A stretch of DNA of 64,000 nt from Octopus vulgaris. Lineage: Eukaryota. This document shows, one piece after another, positions 1 to 14,769 of this stretch (positions are counted from its first letter, which is position 1; each line of letters starts with the position of its first letter). The translations under genes were made by a program, and so were the position numbers. The DNA lies in the NCBI GenBank assembly GCA_951406725.2, contig OX597835.1, positions 14,570,001 to 14,634,000 of the forward strand, written 5' to 3'. Under the pieces are notes generated by a model. The model made no database searches. It was not told the DNA's origin and saw nothing but the letters and a program-made list of their open reading frames with translations.

Positions 1-618
1 ATGTCTAAATAGATGTGTCTGTGTGTGTATGTGTGTGTGTGTGTGTGTGAGTTCTTGAAGAGAACGCAGGAGGGAGGGAAAGAGACGAGACAGCAGAGAT
101 AGTTTAGATTGATAAATAATAATAATAATAAAGTGATCAAGAAACAGGAAGACAGAAACGCTATGTAAAAACTATTGTACGAGAAATCCGCCATTGTTCT
201 CTTTATACAACGCTGAGGGAGACACGTATGAATCCAACGTCAGGATGAAATGAGGCTTGTGACGATTTACGAGATAGCAGAGGGGGAAAATGAAATCGAA
301 ATAATTATTCTCTTGGCCATAAATAAATCCCAGTTACAGCCGCCATCTTGACTCGTTTTCAGTTAAAATAAGCAACTTATCAGCCAGCAGATAATTGGAA
401 TATACAAAGTGCCTAACAGTCGATGTAGTTTTATGTTTGATAAAAATATATAGTATATGTATTGTTAGAATGACCTCGTGTAATCTATGATATATAATGG
501 TGGTATTCATACGTTGCACATGTGGTCATATATATTGAACAAAAGCTGGATATTGTGATGGCTGTCCCTTGAAACACACACATTGCTTATGTAAAACTAA
601 ACGAATAAACACACACAC

Positions 619-653
619 ATATATATATATATATGCGTGCGTGTGTATATGTA

Positions 654-701
<48 letters not shown>

Positions 702-822
702 ATCCAAACATGAAAACACAAAGAGAAAACACAACAACGCGAGGACGTTGAACAAGTATAGTGTTACTGGACGCTCAGGAAAGGAAAGAAATATATATGT
801 ATGTATATATACGTATGTATGT

Positions 823-890
<68 letters not shown>

Positions 891-1062
891 ATATATGTAT
901 GTATGTATATGTATATATATATATATATATATGTAAATATGTATATGTATACATGGATATGTATATATGTATATATGTATATATGTATATATGTATATAT
1001 GTATATGTATATGTATATATATGTATATTTGTATATGTATATATATATATATATGTATATGT

Positions 1063-1114
<52 letters not shown>

Positions 1115-1200
1115 ACACACATACATATGCGTGTATCAATGTAAGAATACGCGAGACAGTAATGCATGTGTATATGTGTGTGTACATATATATAACTATA
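619..1200. repeat. (TA)n/(TATG)n/(TG)n compound microsatellite, representative of dozens of similar tracts across the window
   Basis: Direct dinucleotide/tetranucleotide runs; explains the YI/CV/TH ORFs in the ORF track. Confidence 0.98.
697..791 (-). mobile_element. 3' fragment of short PLE-like element embedded in (TA)n; same family as 25053-25248
   Basis: gttaatccaaaca...acacaacaacgcgaggacgt.gaacaa.tatagt...tggacgctcaggaaag is shared with 25053-25137; flanked by (TA)n on both sides. Confidence 0.6.
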
Positions 1201-1293
1201 GACATATATTGATGTCAATTTAATCGACTGTCCCATTTTTTAATATTTGTGATTATACCCTCGTTCATTAGAAATAATTGATATTGGAGATTA

Positions 1294-1590
1294 ATCACTG
1301 TACTGTGACATATTCACTAATTACTGTACTCTACCAAACCCAATAAATACTGTACTCTACAAAACACATTAACTGCTGTACTCACAAATTCCTTTAATAC
1401 TGTACTCTGCAAGATTTATTCATTATCGTCTCATTTATTGAATATCCGATGTATTATTCTCTACCATACTCGTTAATTACTGTACTCTATCGCACTCATT
1501 AACTGCTGTACTCTACCAGACTTGGTAAATACTGTGCTCTACCATTTTCCTTAAATATTGTACTCTATCCGGTGCATTGGTTACTGTACT
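1294..1590. repeat. degenerate ~26-bp minisatellite with conserved ACTGTACTCTA core
   Basis: About 10 recurrences of a.(t/c)actgtactcta at ~25-26 bp spacing with variable linkers. Confidence 0.75.
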
Positions 1591-1669
1591 TCGTCAAGCT
1601 CATGAGGTTGGTTGCAATGATGTTTAGCTTCCATTTCGGTATCTTGTAGTCTGTAGATAACATGTAAAC

Positions 1670-2004
<335 letters not shown>

Positions 2005-2029
2005 GAGAGAAAGGGAAAGAAAGAAATCC

Positions 2030-2500
2030 GGAGTAAAACAGACATTATTCCGAGGAGAATACACTGCACAAAGTGAATATTGCAGAGCTCGACGGGTGGG
2101 ACACGGAAGGAATAAGGAGTGAGGAAGAGGTGAGCCAATCGGATGATATTTGTGATGGTGTAAAGCTGCTTATCAGTTCGAAGGAGCAGAAAACATTGCA
2201 ACAAGTGTTGACGAATGGACAAAAAAGAAAAAATCAGCCATTTTACGAGCTAGTGGTTTTAGTGTTGGTAAAACTGTCTCTTCTAATCATCTAAATTTCC
2301 TATTTGATGGTTGGATGCTGTTTACAATCTTCCTGTTTAGAAGTGATGTCATGAATCTATTAGCTTAAGTGGAGTTTGTGTTTTGGAAGGAGATAAAATC
2401 TAGCATGAGATACATCCTGTCACTAAATAAGAAATCCTTTGGAATGTGATTGAAGCAATCGCGGTCGCCAAGGAAGATCATTGGATCTTGTAAGGCCTAT
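2030..2500 (-). mobile_element. highly decayed Penelope-like element relic
   Basis: Minus strand ~2405-2375 reads ARFYLLPKHK, resembling the PLE RT N-terminal motif RFYLLPKIHK; downstream TLKPLA..G resembles the GIY-YIG C-terminus; frames are broken. Confidence 0.35.
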
Positions 2501-2519
2501 GAATTTAGGGAATGTGAAA

Positions 2520-2760
2520 GGCACGTGGTCTAGCGGTTAAGGTGTTGCACTACAAAATCGGAAGTTCATGGTTTCGATTCCCAGACCGGGAAGTGCGTTG
2601 TGTTCTGGAACAAAATATTTCGTTTCATGTTGATTCAGGTCACTCAGTTGTAAAATGAGTTCCAGCAACCCACCCAGGAAGGGAGCATTGTAATTTCAGT
2701 CATTGATAACCCCGTGGAAACTGGGTTAAGGTCCAGCTTTATGAGACCTGAGGATCAAGG
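2520..2760 (+). mobile_element. tRNA-derived SINE, family C (CORE-like body)
   Basis: A box tggtctagcggttaa, B box ggtttcgattccc, followed by tgtgttctggaacaaaa.atttc..ttca.gttg; homologous to 8565-8772, 10025-10325, 13140-13345, 25250-25485. Confidence 0.75.
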
Positions 2761-2807
2761 AAGGCAAAGAAAACTGGCTTAGATATGGTTTTTTATTATT
2801 TTTTTTT

Positions 2808-2987
2808 TTTTACTTGTTGCAGTCATTAGACTGCAGCCATGCTGGGGCACTGCGTTGAAGAACCCCAGTACTTTTATTTCTGTTCCCGGTACGTATTTAA
2901 TTGGTCTCTTTTGCCGAATCGCTAAGTTACACAGAACACACCAACACCGACTGTCATGTTGTGGTGGGGACAAACACACACACACAC

Positions 2988-3041
<54 letters not shown>

Positions 3042-3432
3042 GAAAAATACAAACTGGGACAAGAATGTAAAACATTTAGAAGACGATACAAAAAACACGG
3101 ACGGGACATTCGAAGCCTTAAATCTTCAGTCAAGAACCGGATCATCCTCGCAATTTCGGCTGATTAATCTTGAGATCGCTCCGATCCGGCCAGCCCCAAG
3201 GAAAAACTAAGCTACGAGCATTTGATTTCTTGGGAAAAGGATCGAATGTATACGAAACAAGGACAGAAAAACGGACGATGCCACACGAATATAAGTACAA
3301 AAAGCAATAATAGTAATAACAGGACAAAAACAGCGGGTGTCTTACGACTATAGACAGTACAACTTAGTTTAGCTGGCGTATTTGGAAAAAAATACCTTTT
3401 TCGGCAGACGAAGACAGTGTGTGTTTGTGTGT

Positions 3433-3488
<56 letters not shown>

Positions 3489-3600
3489 CGGGCTTCTTTC
3501 AGTTTTCGTCAACCAAATCCACTCACAAGACTTTGGTCGACCCGAGACTGTAGTAGAAAGCATTTGCCCAAGGTGCTTGCCACACAGCGGGACTGAAGCT
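2808..3600 (-). mobile_element. tRNA-derived SINE, family A, interrupted in its internal (TA)n by the 3035-3418 insertion
   Basis: 3' half cagtcattagactgcagccatgctgg (2808-2990) and 5' half accaaatccactcacaag...gggactgaa (3485-3600) match full copies at 7148-7610 and 31488-31908. Confidence 0.8.
3035..3418 (-). mobile_element. short PLE-like/unknown element abutting (TA)n; second copy at 28510-28692 (+)
   Basis: atctcaagattaatcagccgaaatt...gatgatccggttcttgactgaaga...ttcgaatgtcc is shared with 28548-28622; both copies end at (TA)n. Confidence 0.65.
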
Positions 3601-3690
3601 TGGAAAATGTGTGTGTGTGTGTGTGCGAGTATGTGTGTGTGTGTATGTGTGTGTGTGAATGTGCGAGTGTGTGTGTATGTGTGTGTGTGA

Positions 3691-3769
<79 letters not shown>

Positions 3770-3970
3770 TGTATTGATAGCAACAGGACGAAAAATTAGT
3801 CGGAAGTAATGGAGGTTTCATTTCTTTATTTACATACAGACATAAGCAGCCATTGAATTTTCATAAAGAATTGAGATTGGAATGCGGCGCTGCTTCAATA
3901 CGTTCAACTTTTCTTTTCTTTTCTTTCTTTTTTCTGTTTTTGTCTAGAGCTAGTGAACAATCTTTGTCTC

Positions 3971-4062
<92 letters not shown>

Positions 4063-4323
4063 TATGTCACTTTATGTATATCTATACTTGCACACACACA
4101 CATATATAATCTGTATGTACATACAGATACATATATACATATATATGTATATATATCCATACATGCACATATACACACACATATATATATCTATATATAT
4201 ATATGTACATATATATATAAATCCTTATATATAAATAAATATATATATATATATTTATATATATATGTACATATATATATATTATATATATATATATATA
4301 AATATATGTATATGTTCATATAT

Positions 4324-4367
<44 letters not shown>

Positions 4368-4368
4368 C

Positions 4369-4460
<92 letters not shown>

Positions 4461-4869
4461 ACATACATATATATATATATATACACCTGTGTGTAAGTAC
4501 GTGCATGCAATACATACAAATAAATTTACATGTGCATACATTTTCCTACATATAAATTCACGCAAACACACACAGACATGTTGACAACCTGAGTTTATCA
4601 ATTGACTTCGTTTATCTTACATCTACACGGAATAAATAAATAGATGGATAAATAAATAAGTAGATTACACGGCAGAGGATCAAATTAGTTCACTATATAC
4701 AAGTATATTGATACGATTAAATTACATTTAGTCTTGCTGTGAAGTGCTTTTGAGATGTAACACGATGTTGTCTGCAAAACATGGCGGCAACCAAAATGAT
4801 CGCTGTTGAAGTGTTAGTTCTCCTGACGTTTCATGCAGACAGTCACGTGTTTAGGCGCAAACACATAAA

Positions 4870-5190
<321 letters not shown>

Positions 5191-5422
5191 GTGGAATACA
5201 GTTGATGCAATTAATTACGTAATGCACTCCATAAGGGAGAGCTAATTAGCTCAGTAAATGAAAGTATATTTATAATTTATTTTTTTAATAATTTTAAAAC
5301 AATACTTGATTAATAATTTAATATTGAACTTTTACGTTAACCTGTACCATGCATGTATTACCTTTATTCTTTCCCTGTTGTCAGTTATTGGCCTGGGGGT
5401 CATGCTGCAGCAATGCAGTTTT

Positions 5423-5475
<53 letters not shown>

Positions 5476-5480
5476 GTATG

Positions 5481-5551
<71 letters not shown>

Positions 5552-5880
5552 ATGTATTTATATATATATGTATATATATATAATGCATATATTTATAAAT
5601 ATGTATATATACATATGTATATATATATGTATGTATGTATATATGTATGTATATGTATGTATATATATATATATGTATATGTATGTGTATATATATATAT
5701 ATATGTATATATATATGTATACATATATGTGTATATGTATGTGTATATATGTATATATATATATGTATGTATATATATATGAATATATATATATATATGT
5801 ATATATATGTATATATGTATATATATGTATATATATATGTATGTATAGATATATATATGTATGTATACATATATATAATG

Positions 5881-5911
<31 letters not shown>

Positions 5912-7147
5912 GTATATATATATATATGTGTATGTAAGATAAATATGCTCACAAACTCAGACAGCGAGAGATGGAGAGAGAGGGAGAGAGAGAGAGAAAG
6001 AGAGAGAGAGAAAGAAAAGAGAAAGAGAAAGGGGGAGAAATAGCGAGAGAGAGAGGGGGGAGAAAGAGAGAGAGAGAGAAAGAGAGAGAAATAGCGAGAG
6101 CTGCAGACAGACAAACAGACAGAGAGAGACAATGAGACAGAGGGAAAGAGAGAGGCAGACAAACAAAGATTGAGGGAGGGAAAGACAGAACTCGAGAAAT
6201 AATGAAATGTCTAATGTCAAACAAGTTAGCATCAAATTAGCGACGCCATGTATGTGGCGCCAAAATAGCTGTGCCTAACGTCTCATATACGTAAGTTGTA
6301 AGAGATTTGACTACTATTTCTAGCAAATCCACCAACCACGTATTAGCTCTCCCTTTTTCTCTCTCCTCTGTCTCTCCTTCTATCTCTTCTATTTCCCTTG
6401 TCCCTTTCTCCCTCTCTCTGCTTTCTTCTTTCCTTAACTTGTCTATACATTATTTCTGTCATGTCTTCGTTCTATATATTTGTAACTAAAGTGCTATACG
6501 TTTTTATTGTTCCTTGTATTAAGTGCAAATATATCGTTCTTTATTTATGTGCATCACGAGACGATACGGAAACAACGTCGATATGTATCCTTAAAATGTC
6601 AGAAATATATCACCAGGAAGTTACTGTCAAAGACGCAGAACTCTTATGCTACTTATGTAAACATCTGCTCTCGGGATAACATAACTCTTTTTCGCGTTAA
6701 ATTTATTATCAAAAAGAATTATTAGAATCCACGAAGGTTTTCTCCTTCCTAAACAGCTCAAATAATTTGAAAATTTAGAACAGTAGATCATAGGTTGTGA
6801 GGTTTATGAACTCAATATCTTTTTTTCTTGGAGTGGAGTCATTGTTCTTTGAATGCATGAGGCGGAAACGTACAGAAACTTATTATACACGAAGACAATT
6901 TTAGTTAAAGCGTTATAGAAGATGGTCATAAGTTATGAAGTGTGTGATAAAAGATGTTCGAATCAAAGGTCAAGTGGGTGTGTTTGTAACAAGCTTGCTT
7001 CCCAAACATGTGGTTATGAGTTCAGATCTGGTGTGCGGAACCATAAGCAGGTGCTTTCTGATATGGTACCAAGCCGACCAAAGCCCTGTGAGAGGATTTG
7101 GTAGGTGACAACAGAAAGATTGCCTTGGCGTGTATATATTTTTTTTA

Positions 7148-7610
<463 letters not shown>

Positions 7611-7616
7611 TGTATG

Positions 7617-7664
<48 letters not shown>

Positions 7665-7899
7665 CATATGCGTGTGTGTGTATTTATATGTGTGTGTGTG
7701 TGTGTCTTTCTTTGTGTTTATTCGACTAAACGCCGCAAGGCAATGCCTCGCTATGGCCTCATTTCAATGACTGAAACGAGTGATAGATAAACGTTACACA
7801 CACACACACACATGCATACACACACACACACACACACACCTAGTGTTCTGTTCCATGAAGGTAAGATCAACAACGAAAGATTAATATTGTTTAATATAT

Positions 7900-8300
7900 A
7901 CAATATATAGTTATGAGCTACAAATAGTCAAAATAGTTTCATTCTTTTCGGTTAGGTTATCATGTAGATTTGCTGTGATTTTTGCCTCGTATATGACGGA
8001 GTTTGTCATGCACACCTTGTCAAGTGGGAAAGATACATAGTTTCTACAGTTACAATTGGGAGTGGGGTCTTGGTGTTTGCGAGTAATGATGTTCAGCAGC
8101 TATAAGATAATTTAACTGAGCATCTGTTAAAGATCGTTCTGTATTTTTGGTTTTCTGGGAAATATTTATCTCTTCTTAAGGAAGTGAAGCCGAACCAAAT
8201 TATATTCCGAGGTCTATTCTTAGGTCTATTTTTATTATTCATATTATTACTAGGTGGTTTGTAATAAAACTTATCGTTGGAGCCGCGTAACTTCAAAATT
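7900..8300 (-). mobile_element. Penelope-like element ORF fragment (RT-thumb to GIY-YIG linker), decayed
   Basis: Minus strand RPRNIIWF...DKYFPENQKYRTIFNRCSVKLSYSC, then CNCRNYVSFPLDKVCMTNSVIYEAKI; matches the PLE consensus RNIIWFNPP..DKHFP..HKIFNRNTVKVSYSC..CNCR..CPL..C...VIY. Confidence 0.8.
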
Positions 8301-8367
8301 AAGCGAGTACTTATGTATAAAAGGCGGAAAAAATACCATTTTGAATACCAAAGGTAAAATGAAGTAT

Positions 8368-8511
8368 TGTTTTATTGGAGCTGATAAGACTTTACAAACT
8401 GTTATTCAGAGTTTCACATAAACAATGTTGAGCCAGTCGTGAAAGACTGATGATCGGTTGCGTGAAACTCTGAGTAAGAGTTTGTGAAGTCTTTTGGGTT
8501 CCAACAAAACA
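8368..8511. repeat. ~50-bp inverted repeat (fold-back) with hammerhead-like core, adjacent to the PLE ORF fragment
   Basis: gttttattggagctgataagactttacaaactgttattcagagtttcac vs revcomp of gtgaaactctgagtaagagtttgtgaagtcttttgggttccaacaaaac; CTGATGA...GAAA-CTC-T-GAG-TA at ~8447-8476. Confidence 0.7.
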
Positions 8512-8564
8512 CTATGCATATATGTACGTTTATGCATATACCAAAGAGGATAAAAAAGTATTTC

Positions 8565-8772
8565 CCGAGCCATTAGGCTCATGAAGACGGTTTCTCAGAT
8601 CTGTGCTGCCTCGATGGAACGCCGGTCCATCGAAGGATAACATATTTTGCCAGCTGGATTGGATTGGAGCAACGTGAAATGAAATATTTTGCTCAAGAAC
8701 ACAACACATCGCTCGATGCAGGAATTGAAACCACAATCTAACGACCAGGAGTGCAACGCACTAACCACTAAA
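8565..8772 (-). mobile_element. tRNA-derived SINE, family C
   Basis: Revcomp tagtggttagtgcgttgcactcc...gtggtttcaattcc...tgtgttcttgagcaaaatatttcatttcacgttgctcca. Confidence 0.75.
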
Positions 8773-8776
8773 GTAG

Positions 8777-8810
<34 letters not shown>

Positions 8811-9569
8811 ATACACAAACGTTGCCCAAGTTGACATTACCTTTCGTTCTCCTCTGAGTTCGATAAAAATTAATACTAAGGTCGATATATTCATCTCAGT
8901 ATGTTGATAGCATAACCCTATAATGCCAACACACTTAGAACTTAAAAGACTAACAGAATATACATACGTGTATGTGCATGTGTGTGTGTGTGTGTGTGTG
9001 AGTGCCTGTATACGCAGTATTTGTTAGTATATGAGTACCAAACGAAAGTACAGATACGTAACATAGAAAATAAAAATGTTACATCATAGATGTATGCGTA
9101 TATTTTATTCATCTCTTACAAACACAAACAGTCCGACGAAACTAGATTTACTTTTTTCCCCCCATTTCGTTAAAAAGAAAAGCAGTTCATAAAATTCCTG
9201 AAATGAAATTACTCTCTATAAAAATCAACAACAATAACAACAACAACAAAACAGAAAAAAAAAATGTTCTCTGCTCGAAACGTCAAGATTCATTTATTTT
9301 TCAAAGCATGTGAACTTAAATATATTTTATGATATGATTTCCATATATTTCTATATAATATGTGTATATATTTTTTATATATATATATTCTCCTTGCATT
9401 CGCATGACACGATCTGTTGAAATGTAAACATGTACGCAATGGTCGCTTCCTAGCAAACTACTAATAAATTGCATATACATATACGCACGCACGCACACAT
9501 GCGTAAGTACGTACACAACTGCAAACACATGCATATATACATTCATACATATGCATACATACATACATT

Positions 9570-9615
<46 letters not shown>

Positions 9616-10024
9616 ATATATATGTGTGTGTGTGTTTGTGTACATTTGTGTGTGTATATGTAAGTGTGCGAGTGTGTTTTAATGAATGTGTGTACATATT
9701 TCAGTGTGTAGTTACATTGGTATAACAGTATGGAAGCATGTATATATATATATTTATGTATGTATGTATGTATATGTATGTATATATATATATATATGCA
9801 TATATATATATGTATGTATATGTGTGTATGTATGTGTATATATATGTAAATTGTGTGTGTATGTATATATATATATATATTTGTATACATACACATATAT
9901 GTGTGTATATACATCTATGTATATATATCTACATATATATATATGTGTGTATATATATATGTATGTATGAATGTATGTATGTATGTATATGCATATGTGT
10001 GAGTGTGCGTGTGAGAGCGCGAAT

Positions 10025-10325
10025 GCACATGGCTCAGTGGTTAGAGCGTTCGGCTTGCAATCATGAGGCTGCAAGTTCGACTCCTAGACCGGCCTTTGTG
10101 TTGCGTTCTTGAGCAAGACATTTATTTCACTCAGCTGTAAAAATCTGCTGCGACGCCACTGGTGCAAGGTGTACCAGACATGGCCTTTCCTTAGGACAAC
10201 ATCGGCGGCGTGGAGTTGCATGAATGGGTGACTGCTGGTCTTCCAGAAAACAACCTCGTCTGGCCTCGGATGGGAACTTTCTTGATGCAATTTCATGGTC
10301 ATTTGTGAATGAAAGGAGTCTTTAC
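10025..10325 (+). mobile_element. tRNA-derived SINE, family C (alternative tail shared with 25250-25485)
   Basis: gcacatggctcagtggttagagcg (A box), agttcgactcc (B box), ttcttgagcaagaca. Confidence 0.8.
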
Positions 10326-10342
10326 CCTTATAAATATATGTA

Positions 10343-10840
10343 CGAGAGGGCACCCAAAGGAAACCGGAATTTTGCAATATTATTTCAATCACTTAGCTTT
10401 ACGTGTTTACACTTTTATCGCATCCAAAGAATTCTCCATTGAAGCAATGCATCGGTTCAGACGCGATTTCCTCTGTTCCATGCAGTCCTGGAAATCTTGC
10501 GAAGTGATGCCTTTTAACGCCTCATTCGGTTTCTTCTTCACCTCTTCCACATCCTCAAAACGTTTCCCTTTAAGGGCTTTTTTATTCGGGAGAACAAAGA
10601 AAACGTCGCAGGGAGCTTGATCGGGTGAATAGGCGAATAGGGTGGATAAGCACGGTTATGCCATTTTTGGTAAAAAAGAAAAAAATGGCTCATATTGAAG
10701 GTGGTGTGCGCAGGCGCATTGTCGTGATGAAATCACCACTCTCCACTTTGCCACAGATCAGGAAGTTTTCGTCTCACTGCGTCCCGCAAAGGCTCCAGAA
10801 ATGCCAAGTAAAATGTCTGGTTAACAGTTTGATCCGGGGG
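10343..10840 (-). mobile_element. mariner transposase C-terminal fragment plus one terminus (pseudogenised)
   Basis: Minus strand QTVNQTFYL..LRDAVRRK.PDLW..GEW*FHHDNAPAH...YSPDQAPCD...LKGKRFEDVEEVKK...RLNRCI; TA dinucleotide at 10341-10342; cut at 10840 by a SINE. Confidence 0.88.
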
Positions 10841-10846
10841 AATATA

Positions 10847-10985
10847 TTCTTATTTCTTTACTGCCCACAAGGGGCTACATACATAAGGGACAAACAAGGA
10901 GAGACAAAGGGATTAAGTCGATTACATCAATCCCAGTGCATAACTGGTACTTAATTTATCGACCCCGAAAGTATGAAAGGCAAAT
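10847..10985 (-). mobile_element. SINE family D 3' part with LINE-like tail
   Basis: Revcomp ttcggggtcgataaattaagtaccagttatgcactggg...ccttgtttgtccctta...agccccttgtgggcagtaaagaaataagaa. Confidence 0.8.
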
Positions 10986-11501
10986 GTTCTCTAACATTAA
11001 CTGCAGTAAATTATCTGCTGCAAAATTGTTTCCGGAATTTAGCGCGCCGGAACTCAGACATTTGAAATTAACCCCAATGTAATCGGCAGAACTAAGCACG
11101 TGTCTGGTTTTATACAGAAAACTAGTGTTTAGTTTTGCAAATTATATTGAATTTGGAACGATCGTACTGATGAATCTACGGACGAAGGATTACGTAAGTA
11201 ATTTATTCGGTAAAAGACGAAATCAGTATACGATTAATTCTTGGTTTTTATATAATTTTCATCTGTCTTTCCCGCCTATGTTCTGGTGTTCGCTGATTTT
11301 TCTCTGGAGAACATTCTTTCTTTGTAGTTAGATCGTAAGTAATCTTCTTCTAGCATATGGCTGTCCACATAGTGGTTTTTTCGTCTTAAATATACACATG
11401 TATTAAAATTTTCTCTGATTTTTCAGATTTTTTAAATGCTAGGCTACTGGTTTGAAATTGACATTAAATAAATTAATATTCAATTTATCTCCCTCATTAT
11501 T

Positions 11502-11574
<73 letters not shown>

Positions 11575-11669
11575 GTATGTATGCATGTATGTATGTATGT
11601 ATATGTATATATATATGTATATATACATGTATATATATGTATATGTATATATCTATATCTATCTATCTA

Positions 11670-11721
<52 letters not shown>

Positions 11722-12088
11722 CATAATAATCTTACAAGATAAAAATGGATGGTGTTAGTTTTTGATCTTCATTTGCCTATTTGCAATTTGCGCGTCGGGA
11801 TTTTATTTTTGATTTAATTAACGAACTTGGTCTCTTCCCTTTGAAATCGATTTCTTTACTTTCTATCTATTTTTAACTACCACCATTTATACATGCATAC
11901 ATACATACATATCTTTTGATGTGTATCCTTGAATTTATGAACTACTTGGTAAAAGAAGAGAGCTAATAATGCAAATCAAGAGAGGATATCACGACTGATC
12001 CAGCAGTTCTTGAAAAGCAACCTACCTGCTCAGTTTTTACGCAATAACAGAGTATTTATTCGTTCGAATCCAGATATTTTCCCACTGC

Positions 12089-12174
<86 letters not shown>

Positions 12175-12176
<2 letters not shown>

Positions 12177-12285
12177 AAATAAGAACATGGAGGAATAGAT
12201 TTCTTTCAATCATCAACTACCAGATAATACCAATTCATATAATTTAATGATTGAAAGAAATCTATTCCTCCATTTTCTTATTTTG
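12175..12285. repeat. 39-bp inverted repeat abutting (TA)n
   Basis: caaaataagaacatggaggaatagatttctttcaatcat (12175-12213) vs atgattgaaagaaatctattcctccattttcttattttg (12247-12285), one mismatch. Confidence 0.9.
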
Positions 12286-12461
12286 CATTATGAATTTGAG
12301 GTAAAGCATTTTACCTTCACCCATATAATACAATAAATGAATTAATTGCATTGCAATTCTTAGCAATTGTATATTAACCTTTCTGGGTACTTTACTGGCA
12401 GTATATTGGATAAATGATATCCCATAGTGGGTTACACTCATAACCCCTATCTCACTTTGTA

Positions 12462-12523
<62 letters not shown>

Positions 12524-12526
<3 letters not shown>

Positions 12527-12645
12527 AGAGTTTCCAAAAAACACAAAAGACGAAGACAGGTGGTGTACAAAACAAACAGATGTGTATTAGTATAACGCTC
12601 AGGAATAGAAAAAGTCTTTTACGTTTCGAGCTTACGCTCTTCTGT
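12524..12645 (-). mobile_element. PLE-like terminal fragment with 3' part of a hammerhead motif; family of 35270-35452 and 50604-50675
   Basis: Revcomp agaagagcgtaagctcgaaacgtaaaagactttttctattcctgagcgttatactaatac...; 3' end abuts (TA)n. Confidence 0.7.
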
Positions 12646-12709
12646 GTATGTATGTATGTATGTATGTATTATGTATGTATGTATGTATGTATGTATGTAT
12701 GTTTGTGCG

Positions 12710-12925
12710 TCTCTGCGTCTGTGTTTGTCCCCACCGCCGCCTGACAACCAGTGGTGGCATGTTTACATCCGTGTAACGTAGCGGTCCGGCAAAAGTGACC
12801 GATATAATAAGCGCTAGGCTTAAAAAAATAAGTTCTGGTGCAATGTGTTCGATTAAAACCCTTCAAGATGTTGCTCCAGCATTGCCGCAGTCAAATGACT
12901 GAAGCAAGTAAAAGATAAAAGAATG
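12710..12925 (+). mobile_element. SINE family A 3' half
   Basis: gtgtttgtccccacc...gcagtcaaatgactgaagcaagtaaaaga. Confidence 0.8.
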
Positions 12926-13139
12926 ATATGAGAAAGAAAACTCAGCAAGTCGCGGCTGTTGTTATTGCGCAGAAACGAATGTTGTGATTTGTAATTAAAG
13001 CCTGTATATTTTATCTTCGTCTCGTATAAATTGCTCTGTAAATTCTATAGCGGAGTCCCACATGTTTATCCTGCTCAAAGAATAAACCTGCTGCATGATG
13101 GCATATGGTAGCCGATAATATAATAGTAATAAAATAAAT

Positions 13140-13345
13140 GGGCCCGGTTTCCCGGTTTCAATGGCGTATGTGTTCCCCAGCTGGACGGGATGCCAGTCCA
13201 TTGCAGGATTAACTCATTTTTTGCCAGCTGAGTGGACTGAAGCAACGGGAAATGAAGTGTCTTGCTCAAGAACACAACGCGTCGCCCGGTTCAGGAATTG
13301 AAACCGCAATCTTACGATTAACCCTAACCCTAACCACAAAGCCTA
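13140..13345 (-). mobile_element. tRNA-derived SINE, family C
   Basis: Revcomp gcggtttcaattcctgaaccgggcgacgcgttgtgttcttgagcaagacacttcatttc. Confidence 0.78.
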
Positions 13346-13502
13346 ACCACTAACAAGAGAACGATAGAATAAGTACTTATTCTTATAAATTCTGCGATCG
13401 ATTCTTTTCGACTAAAGTCGGTGCTCCAGCATGGCTGCAGTCAAATGACTGAAACGAGTAAAAGAGTAAATGTGAATATATATCTTTTATCTTATATATA
13501 TA

Positions 13503-13901
13503 CTAGCAGTATCGCCCGGCGTTGCTCGGGTTTGTAAGGGAAATAACTATATAAGCATATTTAGAGAGTTATAGCCCAAAAATAGCAAAAAATTCCATTA
13601 AAGATGGAAAAAAAATTATGGTAAATTTTTTTTAAATCATTGACTCATCGTAGACATTTTTAGAGAGTTACTTCCCTTATATAATAGCGAAAAAAATGCA
13701 TTAAAATGGAAACAAATTATGGTAAATTTTCTTTTTAAATCGTAGACTCATCGTAGACGCGCGCTAATACCCAGAAGGGCTCGATATGAATCACGACTAT
13801 AAGATACCCGGTTTTGGTTAAACTGCACCGCAAAATGTGGGAGTAGTTAGGAATCTAAATCGTAGGAGACAGACACACAACTTCACTTTTATATATAAAG
13901 A
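13503..13901 (-). mobile_element. non-autonomous Helitron
   Basis: Minus strand A|TCTTTATATATAAAAG...cccgagcaacgccggg hairpin...CTAG|T: canonical 5'-TC, 3' hairpin plus CTAG, inserted between A and T, no TSD; internal ~100-bp tandem duplication. Confidence 0.8.
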
Positions 13902-14412
13902 TAAACGTACACACATACACACACACATACACATATATGTATATCCATACACACGCACATATTATTCAGCCTATGTTATTCTAGTGGTATCGTATCAAAC
14001 ACTTTTCAAAAATTTTTCCCTTTTTCTAATTTTCTACAAGAATTCTCTGCTGCTTCTTCCGGACTTCTTATTCTCTGTCGTAATACAAAGATATATATTT
14101 AAACCTAAAACCAACGCTAAAATCACATCTCCCTAAAAAAAAAATTTTAAATTCAGCTAAAAATTCCTCGAATAATTGATTTCTGAAATTGTCCAACAGA
14201 CATGCCAGTAAAAACCTAAATTCCATATAAGATATTCTTTTGTTCTTCATCTATCTGCTGTAGTCGTCATCATGTGGAATCTTACCATTTTCTTATGCTA
14301 TTCAAACGAATATATATTATTATATTCTTTTCGTATTTTGCGGCGATTCTTTTAGCAGCTGCCATTTCGGCGATATATGTGTATATGCTTGTATATTTGT
14401 ATGTATCCATTC

Positions 14413-14472
<60 letters not shown>

Positions 14473-14496
14473 GTATGTCTCTCTCCCTTTGTATAA

Positions 14497-14543
<47 letters not shown>

Positions 14544-14769
14544 CAGTCTGGTGAAAGAGAAGACATATTTTTCTTCTTCTTCACCAACTGCTTTCGTTCC
14601 TGCTCCACCACCTCCCCACCTGCCTCACTCATCTTTCTCATACGTCTCCAACATCAGTTTCGCCATCTTCTCCATCATCATCATCGTTAAAATTATCGTC
14701 GTCATCGTCGTCGTCGCTAGCATTTTCTTTACTTTTGCTTCATGTCCCTTTCACATCTTCCTCATTATT

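Noticed and set aside
1294-1590. Repeat-spacer pattern resembling a CRISPR array
   Set aside because: Core is only ~11 nt and degenerate, spacers are ~14 nt, there are no cas genes, and the context is eukaryotic.
4778-4852. YY1-like AACATGGCGGC, TGACGT and GTCACGTG motif cluster
   Set aside because: Short motifs with no downstream exon or other promoter evidence; they could be chance or a repeat relic.
13319-13353. TAACCC telomere-like repeats
   Set aside because: Only about two perfect units, coinciding with the ccctaacca sequence of a SINE head.
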